In this document: positions 37,753 to 48,316 of the stretch, one piece after another
Position numbering within the stretch: the first letter of the stretch is position 1
Layout: each line of letters opens with the position of its first letter
Assembly: GCA_963666835.2 (NCBI GenBank)
Contig: CAXXGO010000006.1
Coordinates: forward strand, 384,001 to 448,000
DNA from: Phycisphaerae bacterium
GTDB taxonomy: Bacteria > Planctomycetota > Phycisphaerae > UBA1845
Length of the DNA: 64,000 nt
Direction of reading: 5' to 3'
Position numbers and translations under genes: made by a program
The notes under the pieces: generated by a model
Seen by the model: only the letters and a program-made list of their open reading frames with translations
Told to the model about the DNA's origin: nothing
The model's database searches: none

Positions 37753-39246
37753 TCACACTTCCGTTCGCGCGCCGGGACGGATCGCGGCGAGAAACTCCTC
37801 TTCCGGAACGCGGCGACTGACGAGTGCCTGGGCCATGCCAGTTTTCGGATTGACCGCGGCGATTTCGGTGACGTTGTCGATCTTCCGACGATCGACCAGC
37901 ACCGGACCCTTCAGCGGCTTGTTCACTTTGACGACGCGGGAGCCGAACACGATTGTCACACCGGCGTGGATCCTCTCGGCGGCGTGAATGGCGGGAGTCT
38001 CCGCCGTTTTGAGCTGGGCAACCAGCTTCTCCAGCCGCTTGCGGGCGGCCTTGATCCGGACCTCCGCCTCGTCGGCGGTTTTGAGATAATCGCGCGCCTG
38101 ATTATGCCGCTCGGACGTCTGTGGTCCGGCCTCCGCAAACGGCTGCAGAAGCTTGCGCATCTCCGCAATCGCCGCGACTTTGCGTTCCACATCCTCCTCG
38201 ATACGGATGATCTCCAACAGAACGCTGGGGGTGATTCCCATCACGATCCGCGTGGCGGCGTTAGCGTCGTTGCCCAGCGACTCGACGGTGATATCGCCGC
38301 CGACGCACACGTGTCCGCCCACGAGGGATCCACGTTCGGCCAGGAGTTCCCCATCAGCGAAAACGGTACAATTGACGAGCCCCTTCGAGACCTTTACGTC
38401 GCCCCCGGCGTGCAGTTCCGCTTCCTGGCAGAATTTCGCAATGACGTCGCCGCCGGCATTGACCATGCCGGCTCCCCGTCCGACGATCCCTCCCCGAACG
38501 AAGACGTGTTCCGCCGCGCGCAGGTCGGCCGCTTCGACCATCCCGCCAACAACCACGGACTTGCCCCCGCGAATAACAGCGCGATTCTCGACGACGCCTT
38601 CGATGTTCACGTCAAAAGGAGAGGCGATCTTCTTCGAGCTGGCCGTGACATCGCCCTCGACGTTGAAGGCCTCGTCTACCTCCAAGTTCATCCCGGCCAA
38701 GACGAGTAACCCGGCCGCGGTGGCAGTCACGGTAAACGGCGTCTTCTCCTCCCGTTTCAGGGACCCACCTACTTCGATTCGGCCGGTCTCGGTGGGGAGG
38801 GGGAGGGCATTTCCGAGAACATCAACTCCGGCCTCCGCCGAACCCGACAAGACGACCTTCCCGACAACGGTTCCCGCCGAAACCGGGACCGTGGCCGAGA
38901 ACGGAGCGTAACTCGGCTCCTTCGGATCGCCCCATTTCAGGACCTTCGGGGCGAGCGCCGGATCCCATTCCACGGACTCGTTGGCCAATTGGGCCGCCGG
39001 TCGAGCCTGGGCGACAACGAACGGCTCGGCGGGGAGCTTGCCCCCGGCCGCGAGCTTGACGAACTGATCGATCCGCGCCCGGACCGCGTCGTTCAAGAAT
39101 ACCCCGGCATACTCCAGCGCCGCCGCTACGCCATCGGGCGTAGGGGAATCACCATTCCCGGTCTGAAGGCTTAGCATCGCCTGCATCTTGTCCGGCGATA
39201 TCTTCACCGAGACTGCGCAGGATGTGGTTGTACCGGTATTCGCCAT
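37753..39246 (-). CDS. FapA/DUF342 family protein
   Basis: ISPDKMQAML, GVDVLGN, beta-helix G-rich repeats, coiled coil, IHAGVTIVFG. Confidence 0.85.
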   Translation of the reverse strand: MANTGTTTSCAVSVKISPDKMQAMLSLQTGNGDSPTPDGVAAALEYAGVFLNDAVRARIDQFVKLAAGGKLPAEPFVVAQARPAAQLANESVEWDPALAPKVLKWGDPKEPSYAPFSATVPVSAGTVVGKVVLSGSAEAGVDVLGNALPLPTETGRIEVGGSLKREEKTPFTVTATAAGLLVLAGMNLEVDEAFNVEGDVTASSKKIASPFDVNIEGVVENRAVIRGGKSVVVGGMVEAADLRAAEHVFVRGGIVGRGAGMVNAGGDVIAKFCQEAELHAGGDVKVSKGLVNCTVFADGELLAERGSLVGGHVCVGGDITVESLGNDANAATRIVMGITPSVLLEIIRIEEDVERKVAAIAEMRKLLQPFAEAGPQTSERHNQARDYLKTADEAEVRIKAARKRLEKLVAQLKTAETPAIHAAERIHAGVTIVFGSRVVKVNKPLKGPVLVDRRKIDNVTEIAAVNPKTGMAQALVSRRVPEEEFLAAIRPGARTEV

Positions 39247-39465
39247 ATTCTACTCCAATCGACTCATTACCGGTGTAGAGGTGAGAACAAACCGCTCGGA
39301 CGGGAAACCGTTGGCCGGCTCCGCGCCGAGGCCGCGAAACTACGATAGCCTCAGCCCGTTACGCCGGGATCTCGGAAGGCAGCGTACTGTCTTATATTAA
39401 GGTTTCGTGTGATGCGGGCGCGGTGGTTTTAATCACAAGAAGGAGCCCTATAATTGGCTCCTGCC

Positions 39466-40311
39466 ATGCTGACGTTGAATAACATTCGAAAGGCCTTCGG
39501 TGAATTGGTCGCCGTGGACGATCTGTCGCTGGAGATCGCGCGCGGGGAGGTATTCGGCCTACTCGGACCCAACGGGGCCGGGAAAACCACCACGGTCAAC
39601 ATGACCGTTGGTTTGCTCGCCCCGGACAGCGGTACGGTAGTGGTGGGCGGCGGCGGTTCTCCGACCAGCCCGGCCGTGCGGGCCAAGATCGGCGTCGCCC
39701 CCCAGGCGTTGGCTTTATACGAAGAGCTGACCGGCGAGGAGAACGTGGTCTTCTTCGCCAAGCTGCAGGGGCTTTCGGGCCGCCGGCTGACCGAACGGGT
39801 CCGCTGGGCGTTGGATTTCGTCGGTCTGTGGGATCGCCGCCGGGACTACCTGAGGACCTACTCCGGCGGAATGAAGCGACGGCTCAATCTGGCGGTCGCC
39901 GTGGTCCACAACCCGCAGCTTCTGCTACTCGACGAGCCCACGGTCGGAGTGGATCCGCAGTCACGCAACGCCATTTTCGAGAACATCCTGGCCCTGAAAG
40001 AAGAAGGGCACACCGTGGTCTACACGACGCACTACATGGAGGAGGCTCAGCGTCTCTGCCAGCGCGTCGGGGTTGTCGACCACGGTAAGCTGTTGGCTTT
40101 GGATACGGTCGACAATCTCATTTCGGATCACGGCGGCAAGAGTGTTCTTACCGTCGAGCGGGAGGACGGCGAGACAACCGTGGAGACCGAAGATCCGCTG
40201 GCCGAGCTGAACCGCCAGCAGGCGCAGGGCCCTCTGCTGCGTTTCCGGGTGGATCGGCCCGACTTGGAGCGAGTCTTCCTGAATCTTACCGGGAGGCATC
40301 TACGGGACTGA
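39466..40311 (+). CDS. ABC-2 type exporter ATP-binding subunit
   Basis: GPNGAGKTT, YSGGMKRR, LLDEPTVGVD, THYMEE. Confidence 0.95.
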   Translation: MLTLNNIRKAFGELVAVDDLSLEIARGEVFGLLGPNGAGKTTTVNMTVGLLAPDSGTVVVGGGGSPTSPAVRAKIGVAPQALALYEELTGEENVVFFAKLQGLSGRRLTERVRWALDFVGLWDRRRDYLRTYSGGMKRRLNLAVAVVHNPQLLLLDEPTVGVDPQSRNAIFENILALKEEGHTVVYTTHYMEEAQRLCQRVGVVDHGKLLALDTVDNLISDHGGKSVLTVEREDGETTVETEDPLAELNRQQAQGPLLRFRVDRPDLERVFLNLTGRHLRD

Positions 40312-41612
40312 TGAGCAAGGTCATTGCCCTGGCTATCAAGGATCTGCGGTTGCTCTTCCGCGACAAGGCGGGATTGTTCTTCACGCTGTTCCTGCCGCTG
40401 ATCTACTGTGTCTTCTTCGGCGCGATCTTCTCCGGGATGTACGGAGGCGGAGGGGTCAGCGGGATGGACACGGCCGTCGTCGACGAGGACGGCACCCCCA
40501 GCTCACAGCTGTTCATTCAGACCCTGGAGAAGGCCGCGGAGATCAACGTACAGACCGCCGACCGGGCCCAGGCGTTGGATTCGGTGCGTCGAGGGAAGAA
40601 CGTTGCCTGCGTTATCATCCCGAAGGGGTACGGGGCGGCGATGGCGAAACCCTTCTGGGGAGGTTCGCCTACGCTCGAGTTGGGTATAGACCCCTCCCGC
40701 CGGGCCGAGGCCGGCATGCTGCGCGGGATTCTCACGCAATACCTGTATCTGGAGATTCAGAAGAACATCTCCGACACGGCCAAGCTGCGGGAGCAGCTCA
40801 GCGGAGCACTGGAGGAGGTGCGAGCGTCTGAGGACACCGACCCGGTTACCCGTGGTGCCTTAATGCTCTTTCTGCCGGCACTGGACGGCTTCCTGGGTTC
40901 GCTGGCTCAGGCGAAAGATGCCGATGGTGACGGTGACGGCTCTTTCGCCGGGTTCCCGCGGGCGAAGATCGAGAGGATCGATATCGCTCGCAAGTCGAAG
41001 GGACCGCTCCCAACCAACGCTTACCAGGTTTCCTTTCCTCAGGGCGTGATCTGGGGCTTGCTGGGGTGCGCGGCGGGGTTCGGTATCTCGCTGGTGGTAG
41101 AGCGCACTCACGGAACTCTGGTGCGTCTGCGCATGGCTCCTATCTCCCGAGCGCAAGTGCTTGCGGGGAAGGCGCTGGCGTGCTTTGCTACGACGGTGGC
41201 GCTGCAGGTCGGATTGTTCCTCCTGGCTCGGGTAGCCTTCGGCGTGCAACCGACTTCGGTGGCCATGTTGGCAATGGCCGTGATCTGCGGATCGCTGGGG
41301 TTCGTCGGGATCATGATGCTCCTTTCCGTTTTGGGCAAGACCGAGCAATCGGCCGGCGGGATCGGCTGGGCGGTGCTGCTGGTGATGGCCATGCTGGGCG
41401 GGGGGATGGTGCCACTGTTTGTCATGCCGTCATGGATGAGAACGTTGGGCAACGTCAGCCCGGTCAAGTGGGCCATAACGGCGATGGAGGGAGCGGTCTG
41501 GCGCGAGTTTACGTTCGCGCAGATGCTCTTCCCGTGTGGTGTCCTGGTCGCCGTCGGCGTGGTGTGCTTCACCGTCGGCGTGTGGGCCTTCCGCTGGACC
41601 GAGGAGGGGTAG
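40311..41612 (+). CDS. ABC-2 type exporter permease
   Basis: N-terminal TM, large extracytoplasmic loop, ERTHGTLVRL, five C-terminal TMs. Confidence 0.92.
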   Translation: MSKVIALAIKDLRLLFRDKAGLFFTLFLPLIYCVFFGAIFSGMYGGGGVSGMDTAVVDEDGTPSSQLFIQTLEKAAEINVQTADRAQALDSVRRGKNVACVIIPKGYGAAMAKPFWGGSPTLELGIDPSRRAEAGMLRGILTQYLYLEIQKNISDTAKLREQLSGALEEVRASEDTDPVTRGALMLFLPALDGFLGSLAQAKDADGDGDGSFAGFPRAKIERIDIARKSKGPLPTNAYQVSFPQGVIWGLLGCAAGFGISLVVERTHGTLVRLRMAPISRAQVLAGKALACFATTVALQVGLFLLARVAFGVQPTSVAMLAMAVICGSLGFVGIMMLLSVLGKTEQSAGGIGWAVLLVMAMLGGGMVPLFVMPSWMRTLGNVSPVKWAITAMEGAVWREFTFAQMLFPCGVLVAVGVVCFTVGVWAFRWTEEG

Positions 41613-41793
41613 CATAGCGGTGGGATCTCTTGCGATGCCGGCGCGGGTGTCATCGGGCCGGCAGCGTAAGCCGGTGTAGAGCGGCATCGGCGTGGTGGCA
41701 CGTCAACGGGCCGCCGCGTATCGGGCAAGAGCGAGTCGTTCACGCTTGCCGTACGGATTACGCCGACCGCTTCGCAGGGTACCGTCGGCGGGT

Positions 41794-42605
41794 GTTGGGC
41801 ACGGCCGAGGCACGAGACCTGCCGCAATGCCGCACGTCGCGCGAGGACCACGTAGGGCACGGTCGAGGTACGAGACCTGCCATCAAGGCCGCACGTCGCG
41901 CGAGAACCACGTAGGGCACGGTCGAGGTACGAGACCTGCCATCGAAGCCGCAATCGACCGAGTTGCACGAATATGTGACACCCGCGTGGCTCGCGGGATT
42001 AGCCCGCCAGGGCGGCAGCTCTGCCTAGCCCGCGGCGTCAGCCGCGGGATCGCCTGCTCTTGAGCAGTGCAGAACCGGCGTTGCCACATGGTTGTCATCC
42101 CGCGTAGGGCACGGTCGAGGAACGAGACCTGCCATAGAAGCCGCACATTGCACGAAGATCTCGCGTTCGGGGCATGGACCGTTCCAGCTTGCCCGTGGAG
42201 TCATGCATCGCGTCAAGCTCCACGGATCAACAAGTTGCCCCAGGACACCCTGGTGGCACCCCTGTGGGGCACGGTTGAGGTACGAGAACTGCCACAGAAG
42301 CTGCACATTGCACGAAGGCCAACGGCAGGTCTCGTTCCTCGACCATGCCCTACACCCGCTATTCCCGCTGGACGTGGGTGAGCCGATGATCAGGTATCGA
42401 CCATTGCGGCAGGTCTCGTTCCTCGACCATGCCCTACACCCGCTATTCCCGCTGGACGTGGGGGAGCCGATGATCAGGTATCGACCATTGCGGCAGGTCT
42501 CGTTCCTCGACCATGCCCTACACCCACCATTCCCGCTGGACATGGGTGAGCCGATGATCGGGCGTCGACTACCGCGGCAGGTCTCGTGCCTCGACCGTGC
42601 CCTAC
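41794..42605. repeat. REP/BIME-like mosaic array 1: nine copies of a ~30-bp GTAGGGCA(C)GGTCGAGGxACGAGACCTGCC element
   Basis: Forward copies at 41794, 41852, 41911, 42104 and 42264; reverse copies at 42324, 42408, 42492 and 42576 (84-bp period). Confidence 0.88.
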
Positions 42606-42741
42606 GATTGGGATATAACATCGGGCAAGGGATGGGTACCCGCGCTTGATATCAAGAGTCTGTTGGGTATGGGGCACCTGTGCGTACCTAATACGGTTGC
42701 AGACCTGCGTTTGATCGGAGTATTATGATCCGCGCAGACGT

Positions 42742-44424
42742 GTGATCGGGGGCACTATCTTACGGGCCGGACGGCGTCGAATCCGGCACCGTCGCATACT
42801 CCGCCCGGTCGATCGGGAGGCAGCATTGCCAACGGCAGGAACATCCGAACCTCGGCACGTGCGCCCTTTGGTGTCGGATCTTTGGCACCAAGGGATCGGG
42901 GGCCTGATCGTGGCGATTCACGCAACGGTGTTTGTCGCCTCACTGGCCGGGCCGGGGCTGGTGCTGATCGGCACGTTCATCGATGACGGCCGATTCTCCC
43001 TGTCCGCTTGGGCCAATGTGTTCGCCGACTGGGGCCGATGGGGGACGTTGCTGAGCAATACCGCAATCGTCTCCGTCGTAGCCCTGGCAGTGCTGATGAC
43101 GGTCGGCGTCGCACTGGCCGCGTGTCTCTTCAAAACAGACGCCCGCGGTCGCTTCGTAGGTATCAGCCTGCTTCTTCTGGCCGCCGCGATCCCGCTGTAC
43201 GTGGTTGACGGGGCCGCAATCGCGATCTTCGGGGCCGATTCACTCCGCGGCTCGGCACCGGCGGTTGGGTTGATTCATGCTCTCGCACATTTGCCGCTCG
43301 TAGTCATCATTATCGGGATGGCCTTTCGATCAGTGCCCCCGGCCGCGGAGGAAAGCGCACTGGTCGACGGAGCCGGTCGCTGGGGGACTTTCCGGCACGT
43401 GACGCTACGGATGGGGTTCGGCGGGCTCGCGGCCGCGGCGATCATAGTCCTCCTTTGGGTCACAACAGACTACTCCGTGTCGGACACGCTGTTAGTCCGA
43501 ACGTTTGCCGAGGAAGTGTACACTCAATATGCCCTGGAGGGCCGCCCGCAGGAGCCGGCGTTGGTATGCCTGCCGCAGATGCTTCTCTTCGGCGTGGTGC
43601 TGTGGATGTTACGTCGGCACTACCTGACCGGAACCGATGCCCCGCCGCCTGTAACCGCGACGTTTCAGTTCAAGACTCGCCGATGGCGGCCTTTGCTGTC
43701 GTTTGTCGTCCTCGGCATTCCCTTGATCCTGGTGGGTACTCTTCTGTCTGCCTTGGTGAGTCCTCTGCGGGAATCGCCGGAGCCGTTGCACGTGGCCTCG
43801 TGGTTTGTCGAAGAGGTCGGCACGTCTTTGGTTACGGGCGGGCTGGCCGGGGTTATCTCGGCGGCCCTTGGAGTCGGTTTGGCGTGGTACATCGTGAGGC
43901 GCCCGCGATGGCGTCCGATCCTGGCGGCGTATGTGGTGGCGATGCTGGCAATCCCGGCACCTATTCTCGGGATCGGGATGATCCTGCTGTTCAACCGGCC
44001 GGGGATAATGGGCAATGTGTACGACTCCCCCGCGATCCTGACGGTGGCCTATGTCTTCCGGTTCCTGCCGCTGGCGGTCATATTCCTCATTCCAAGTGTG
44101 CGCGCCCTGCCTTGCGACTGCGAGCACGCCGCAAGGGTTGACGGGTGCTCCGAGCTGGGCGTCTGGCTCCGTATCGTCTGGCCGCAGTGCCTTCGGACGG
44201 TGTTTGTTACCGCGTTTGTGATATTGGTGCTGGCCGTGGGCGAGTTACCCTGTTCCCTACTGGTCACCCCGCCGGGGTCGGTTACCGTGGGCGCCCGGCT
44301 TTTCAGTCTCCTCCACTATGGCATGTATCCGGATGCCGCAATGTTGTGCCTGCTGTCAATTGCCGGTATTATCATTCCGTCGTGTATCCTGTTGCTGCTA
44401 TTGAAACCGCGGTTGACAGGGTGA
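42742..44424 (+). CDS. Fe3+/thiamine-type ABC permease, two-repeat FbpB-like (start uncertain)
   Basis: Two EAA-type loops (EESALVDGAG, EHAARVDGCS); about 12 TMs. Confidence 0.85.
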   Translation: MIGGTILRAGRRRIRHRRILRPVDREAALPTAGTSEPRHVRPLVSDLWHQGIGGLIVAIHATVFVASLAGPGLVLIGTFIDDGRFSLSAWANVFADWGRWGTLLSNTAIVSVVALAVLMTVGVALAACLFKTDARGRFVGISLLLLAAAIPLYVVDGAAIAIFGADSLRGSAPAVGLIHALAHLPLVVIIIGMAFRSVPPAAEESALVDGAGRWGTFRHVTLRMGFGGLAAAAIIVLLWVTTDYSVSDTLLVRTFAEEVYTQYALEGRPQEPALVCLPQMLLFGVVLWMLRRHYLTGTDAPPPVTATFQFKTRRWRPLLSFVVLGIPLILVGTLLSALVSPLRESPEPLHVASWFVEEVGTSLVTGGLAGVISAALGVGLAWYIVRRPRWRPILAAYVVAMLAIPAPILGIGMILLFNRPGIMGNVYDSPAILTVAYVFRFLPLAVIFLIPSVRALPCDCEHAARVDGCSELGVWLRIVWPQCLRTVFVTAFVILVLAVGELPCSLLVTPPGSVTVGARLFSLLHYGMYPDAAMLCLLSIAGIIIPSCILLLLLKPRLTG

Positions 44425-44715
44425 TGCTTATACTGTTTCTATATGCGGAGAGGGTTGTTGTGTTTCATTCCTGGTCCAACCCCGTTGGAATTGCTCGATC
44501 CCGGGGTAGCCGCTTTGCGGCAGGATTGGGCTTAAGAACGAAACGCCCTCGGCGCATTCCAATGCAAGAGCGCCTCGGTGTTCTTGCGACATAGCAGCCC
44601 GTTGAGGAAGGGGACAGGCTCCGGGGAGATTCCCGCTCAAGATGTCACGATACGCGCTCGGCGTATCCCGATGCGGGAACGTATTGGCGTTCTAACCACA
44701 TAGGAGACCGGTCAG

Positions 44716-45756
44716 ATGAGAAAAAATCTCGTTGGTTCATTCGTTTGCCTGGTTCTGTTGTCGGCCTGCGCGGGATGTGAGAAGGGCGATAGCTCTCCCG
44801 AAGTGGCGACGCGGGAGGTTGTGGTCTATACGGCCTTGGATCGCGGGTTCTCCGAGCCGATTCTGGCGGATTTTACAGAGATGACGGGGATCGAGGTTCG
44901 GCCGCAATACGACACCGAATCTACCAAGACCGTCGGGCTGACCAATCGCATTCGGGCGGAGCGGGACAGGCCGCGGTGTGATGTGTTCTGGAATAACGAG
45001 ATCCTCAACACGTTGCAGCTCAAGTCCGAAGGGCTTTTGGAGCGGTGCAGCCCCTCGCAGGCTGCGAACTACGCCGAAGCCTGGAAGGATCCGGAGGGCT
45101 ATTGGTATGGTTTCGCTGCCCGGGCGCGGGTGATTATCGTCAATACGGATCTGGTGCCGGAAGGGCCTTTCCCTGCTTCCATTTACGACCTGGCCGACGC
45201 CCGCTGGAAGGGCCGGACCGGGATCGCCAAGCCCCTTTTCGGCACGACGGCGTCGCACGTGGCCTGTCTGTTTGCCGCGGTGGGCCCGGACAAGGCGACG
45301 GCGTATCTCGATTCGCTCAAGGCCAATGATATCCAGATTCACGGGGGGAACAAAGGATGCGCCACCGCAGTTGCGGCCGGCACCACCGCCTTCGCCCTGA
45401 CCGATACCGACGATGCCATAATCGAAGTCGAGTCCGGTAAGCCAGTGCGCATCGTGTACGCCGACTCGGACCCGGAGGGCTTGGGCACGCTGTTTCTCCC
45501 GAACACGTTGGCTATCGTCAAGGACGCTCCGCACCGCAAGGAAGCCGAACAACTCGTGGACTATCTGCTGTCGGCAGAGGTGGAGCAGCGGCTCGCGGCC
45601 GGTCGTTCGGCGCAGATTCCGCTCAACCGGAATTCGACACCGAACGAGCGGATCAAAGGCCCTGCCCAGCTCAAGGCCATGAAGGTAGATTTTGCGGCGG
45701 CCGCGGCCGCGTTCAACTCTGCGCGAGAAACGGTGGAGAAGGACTTTCTCGATTGA
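44716..45756 (+). CDS. Fe3+-type ABC substrate-binding lipoprotein (FbpA/AfuA-like)
   Basis: Lipobox-like CAGC; VVVYTALD, CDVFWNNE, RARVIIVNT, LTDTDD. Confidence 0.88.
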   Translation: MRKNLVGSFVCLVLLSACAGCEKGDSSPEVATREVVVYTALDRGFSEPILADFTEMTGIEVRPQYDTESTKTVGLTNRIRAERDRPRCDVFWNNEILNTLQLKSEGLLERCSPSQAANYAEAWKDPEGYWYGFAARARVIIVNTDLVPEGPFPASIYDLADARWKGRTGIAKPLFGTTASHVACLFAAVGPDKATAYLDSLKANDIQIHGGNKGCATAVAAGTTAFALTDTDDAIIEVESGKPVRIVYADSDPEGLGTLFLPNTLAIVKDAPHRKEAEQLVDYLLSAEVEQRLAAGRSAQIPLNRNSTPNERIKGPAQLKAMKVDFAAAAAAFNSARETVEKDFLD

Positions 45757-46441
45757 GGCACACTCACCCGGCAAGCTTCGGGCGAACGATCGTCGATCAG
45801 CGGGGCGACAGACAGTAAGGCGCTGGGGATGACCTCCCCGGCGGTTTCTTTTGCGCCGTGCGCGTTTGCCGATACCGCTTCCACATAGGTCGTTCAGGAC
45901 CCGACACTGCCGGAAAGACCCGCTGGTCCGCAGGCCAGGCGGGGTATACCCTTCGTTCCGATAGTACCCGCTTGACGGGTCGGCGCGGGCCGCTCGATTC
46001 TCTCGTTGCGCGCCGTTTGGTTCGGGACGGGCGATCGAGCCGGGGGTTCTCCCGCGCCGCCTCCTATCGTCTATCGGGCTTCTCTTTGCCAGCCGATATC
46101 CACTTGTCGAAGCGCGCGCTCACTGGGGGAACCGAATTATCGGGGTGCTTGCTTTGATGGGATGATCTCCGGTGCGAGTCCATCGAGGATTCGGGGCAAC
46201 GGACCTCGTATTCGTCGGTGTTGGCAAAGCGGTCGCTCGTGCGGCCGTTTACCGGTGCCGACGCGCAAGTGGAAGCCCGCGATGTCCAACGGCGATCGGC
46301 AGAATGCGGTCCTAGAGAGGACCGGTCGAGGTTGCTCGTTTCGTCAAAGCCGGAGAATAAAGCGACAGCCCAGGGTAAAACGAAGAGCGGCTCTTTCTAC
46401 CACGGGCGTCTTTCGGGGTTATGTTCTCGGCGGAACCAGGC

Positions 46442-48316
46442 ATGAAGATAGCACACAAGCTGATCTTAGGATCGACAGTCTTAGTGTCGCTGCTCTGGGT
46501 AGTCGGATGGTACTCAGTTTCCGTCGGCCGGCAGTCGCTGCAGACTGCCATCGAACAGGCTTCCAAACAGCTTGCCGTAGCAGGAATCAATGCGGTAGAC
46601 AGCGCCGTCTGCGCCCACATCGACAACTGGCGGGAGTACTGGGCGGGTTCCCTGGCTCAACGTTTTCTTCGGGAATCCAATCAGCGATTCGCAACACTGC
46701 CGGATGCTCGGCATGTTATCGAGCAGCAAGACCGCGATTGGCAAGCAGCGCCCGAGGGTCATGTCATTCCTTTCATGCAGGCTCTTCTGGATAACGAGCT
46801 ATCTGGGGAACTCAGAAGGAAACTGGCCGCCGGCCGGCGATATAAGGGCTATGACGTTTACAGAGAAGTACTCGTGACGAACGTCTACGGCGTCAACACA
46901 GCCCAGAGCGGTAAGACATCCGACTATCGCCAGGATGACGAAGAGTGGTGGCAACATGCCAAACGCGACGGGCTCCTTGTTGAAGATGTCGGATACGACA
47001 AGAGCGCCGGCGGTTACTCAATCGGCATTTGTATGCGGGTGGACGACCCCCACGGAGAAACGCTTGGGGTGGCCAAGGTTGTCCTCAACGTTGAGAGCAT
47101 CCTCGACAGCTTGCGTAGCGAAGCCGCTAAGTTCGAATCCCGGGAAGATGAGTCGTCACAATACACGTTGGCTCTGTTCACTTCCGACAAACGGTTGATC
47201 TACGACGGCGCGGGCTTCGGAGAGTTGGAGGATCGCTCGGACATCCTACATGTCCATCAGAACTCCGGCGAAGAGCGCGTGCGAGTCTATCGCAGACATG
47301 ATCCGAAGTTGGGCGGACTTCTCGGGGCTTGCGCGGTCTCCCGAGGCTACGACGCCTACTCGGGTTTGGGTTGGATTCTGGTGGTCGAGAGCGCCGCCGC
47401 CGAGATCCTCGCACCGGTCACGGCTCTGCGGCGTGATATCCTCCTTATCTCCGCCATGGTCACGATCGGCGGCTTGGCCCTTGGAATCGGCGTCTCGGTT
47501 TCGCTTTCTCGGCGAGTTGCCAAGTTGAGGGATGCGGCGATCGAGATCGGCAAAGGAAACCTACAGGCCGGCGCCGAGGATCATTCAAACGACGAGCTGG
47601 GCAAGCTATCGCAATGTCTCAAAGACATGGCATCGGGACTGAGCAGGCGCTCTGAAAGTCTCCGCGAAAGTGAGGAGCGTCTGCAGACTATTCTGGATAC
47701 CATTCAGGCTGGCGTTGTTATTATCGATGCCGAAACCCACGTAATTGTTGATGTCAATGTCGCGGCACTGCGGATGATCGGGGCGCGCCGCGACGAGTTC
47801 GTGGGGCACGTCTGCCATAAGTTCCTTTGCCCTGCGGATGAAAGGGAATGTCCGATCGCCAAATCCGAAATTCCGCAAGACAACACGGAGCAGATCTTGT
47901 TCAGGCAGAACGGGCAGGCGTTTGCCGTGCTGAAGACGGTTACGCCTTTGAACCTTGCCGGCCGGGAACATCTGCTCGAGAGCTTCGTCGACATCAGTGA
48001 TCGAAAGAAGGCCGAGCAGGAGCTTCGTGAGCTCAATGCCATGATGCTCGAAGGGCTGGAACGCGAGAAGCGGGCCTCGGCGCGGGGGGCGGCGGCCGCA
48101 AAAGAGCTGGAACAACGCGTCAGAGAAGTCTCCGAGGCCAAGCAACGCCTGGAAGTTCTGGTGTCCAACACCACAGAGAGAGAACAACGCATGGTCGCGT
48201 TGAAACAGGAAGTCAACGATCTTCTGGATGAGCTTAAAAGAGCACCCCGATACGAAGCCCCCCGGAAAGTTCGGGAGGTAACTGCTCAAGCTCGATCAGC
48301 CGAGTCTGTCGGATGA
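46442..48316 (+). CDS. Membrane sensor with TM, dCache-like, TM, HAMP, PAS and coiled coil; no enzymatic output domain
   Basis: TSDYRQDDEEWW Cache motif, DELGKL HAMP, GHVCHKFLC..CP PAS; ends REQRMVALKQEVNDLL without an H-box or GGDEF. Confidence 0.85.
   Translation: MKIAHKLILGSTVLVSLLWVVGWYSVSVGRQSLQTAIEQASKQLAVAGINAVDSAVCAHIDNWREYWAGSLAQRFLRESNQRFATLPDARHVIEQQDRDWQAAPEGHVIPFMQALLDNELSGELRRKLAAGRRYKGYDVYREVLVTNVYGVNTAQSGKTSDYRQDDEEWWQHAKRDGLLVEDVGYDKSAGGYSIGICMRVDDPHGETLGVAKVVLNVESILDSLRSEAAKFESREDESSQYTLALFTSDKRLIYDGAGFGELEDRSDILHVHQNSGEERVRVYRRHDPKLGGLLGACAVSRGYDAYSGLGWILVVESAAAEILAPVTALRRDILLISAMVTIGGLALGIGVSVSLSRRVAKLRDAAIEIGKGNLQAGAEDHSNDELGKLSQCLKDMASGLSRRSESLRESEERLQTILDTIQAGVVIIDAETHVIVDVNVAALRMIGARRDEFVGHVCHKFLCPADERECPIAKSEIPQDNTEQILFRQNGQAFAVLKTVTPLNLAGREHLLESFVDISDRKKAEQELRELNAMMLEGLEREKRASARGAAAAKELEQRVREVSEAKQRLEVLVSNTTEREQRMVALKQEVNDLLDELKRAPRYEAPRKVREVTAQARSAESVG

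Noticed and set aside
41794..42605. CRISPR array
   Set aside because: Repeats occur in both orientations, spacers are near-identical to each other, and no cas genes are present.
45757..46441. Long intergenic region with ORFs 45858-46157 and 46006-46794
   Set aside because: Translations are not protein-like and no RNA motif is recognisable; probably regulatory.
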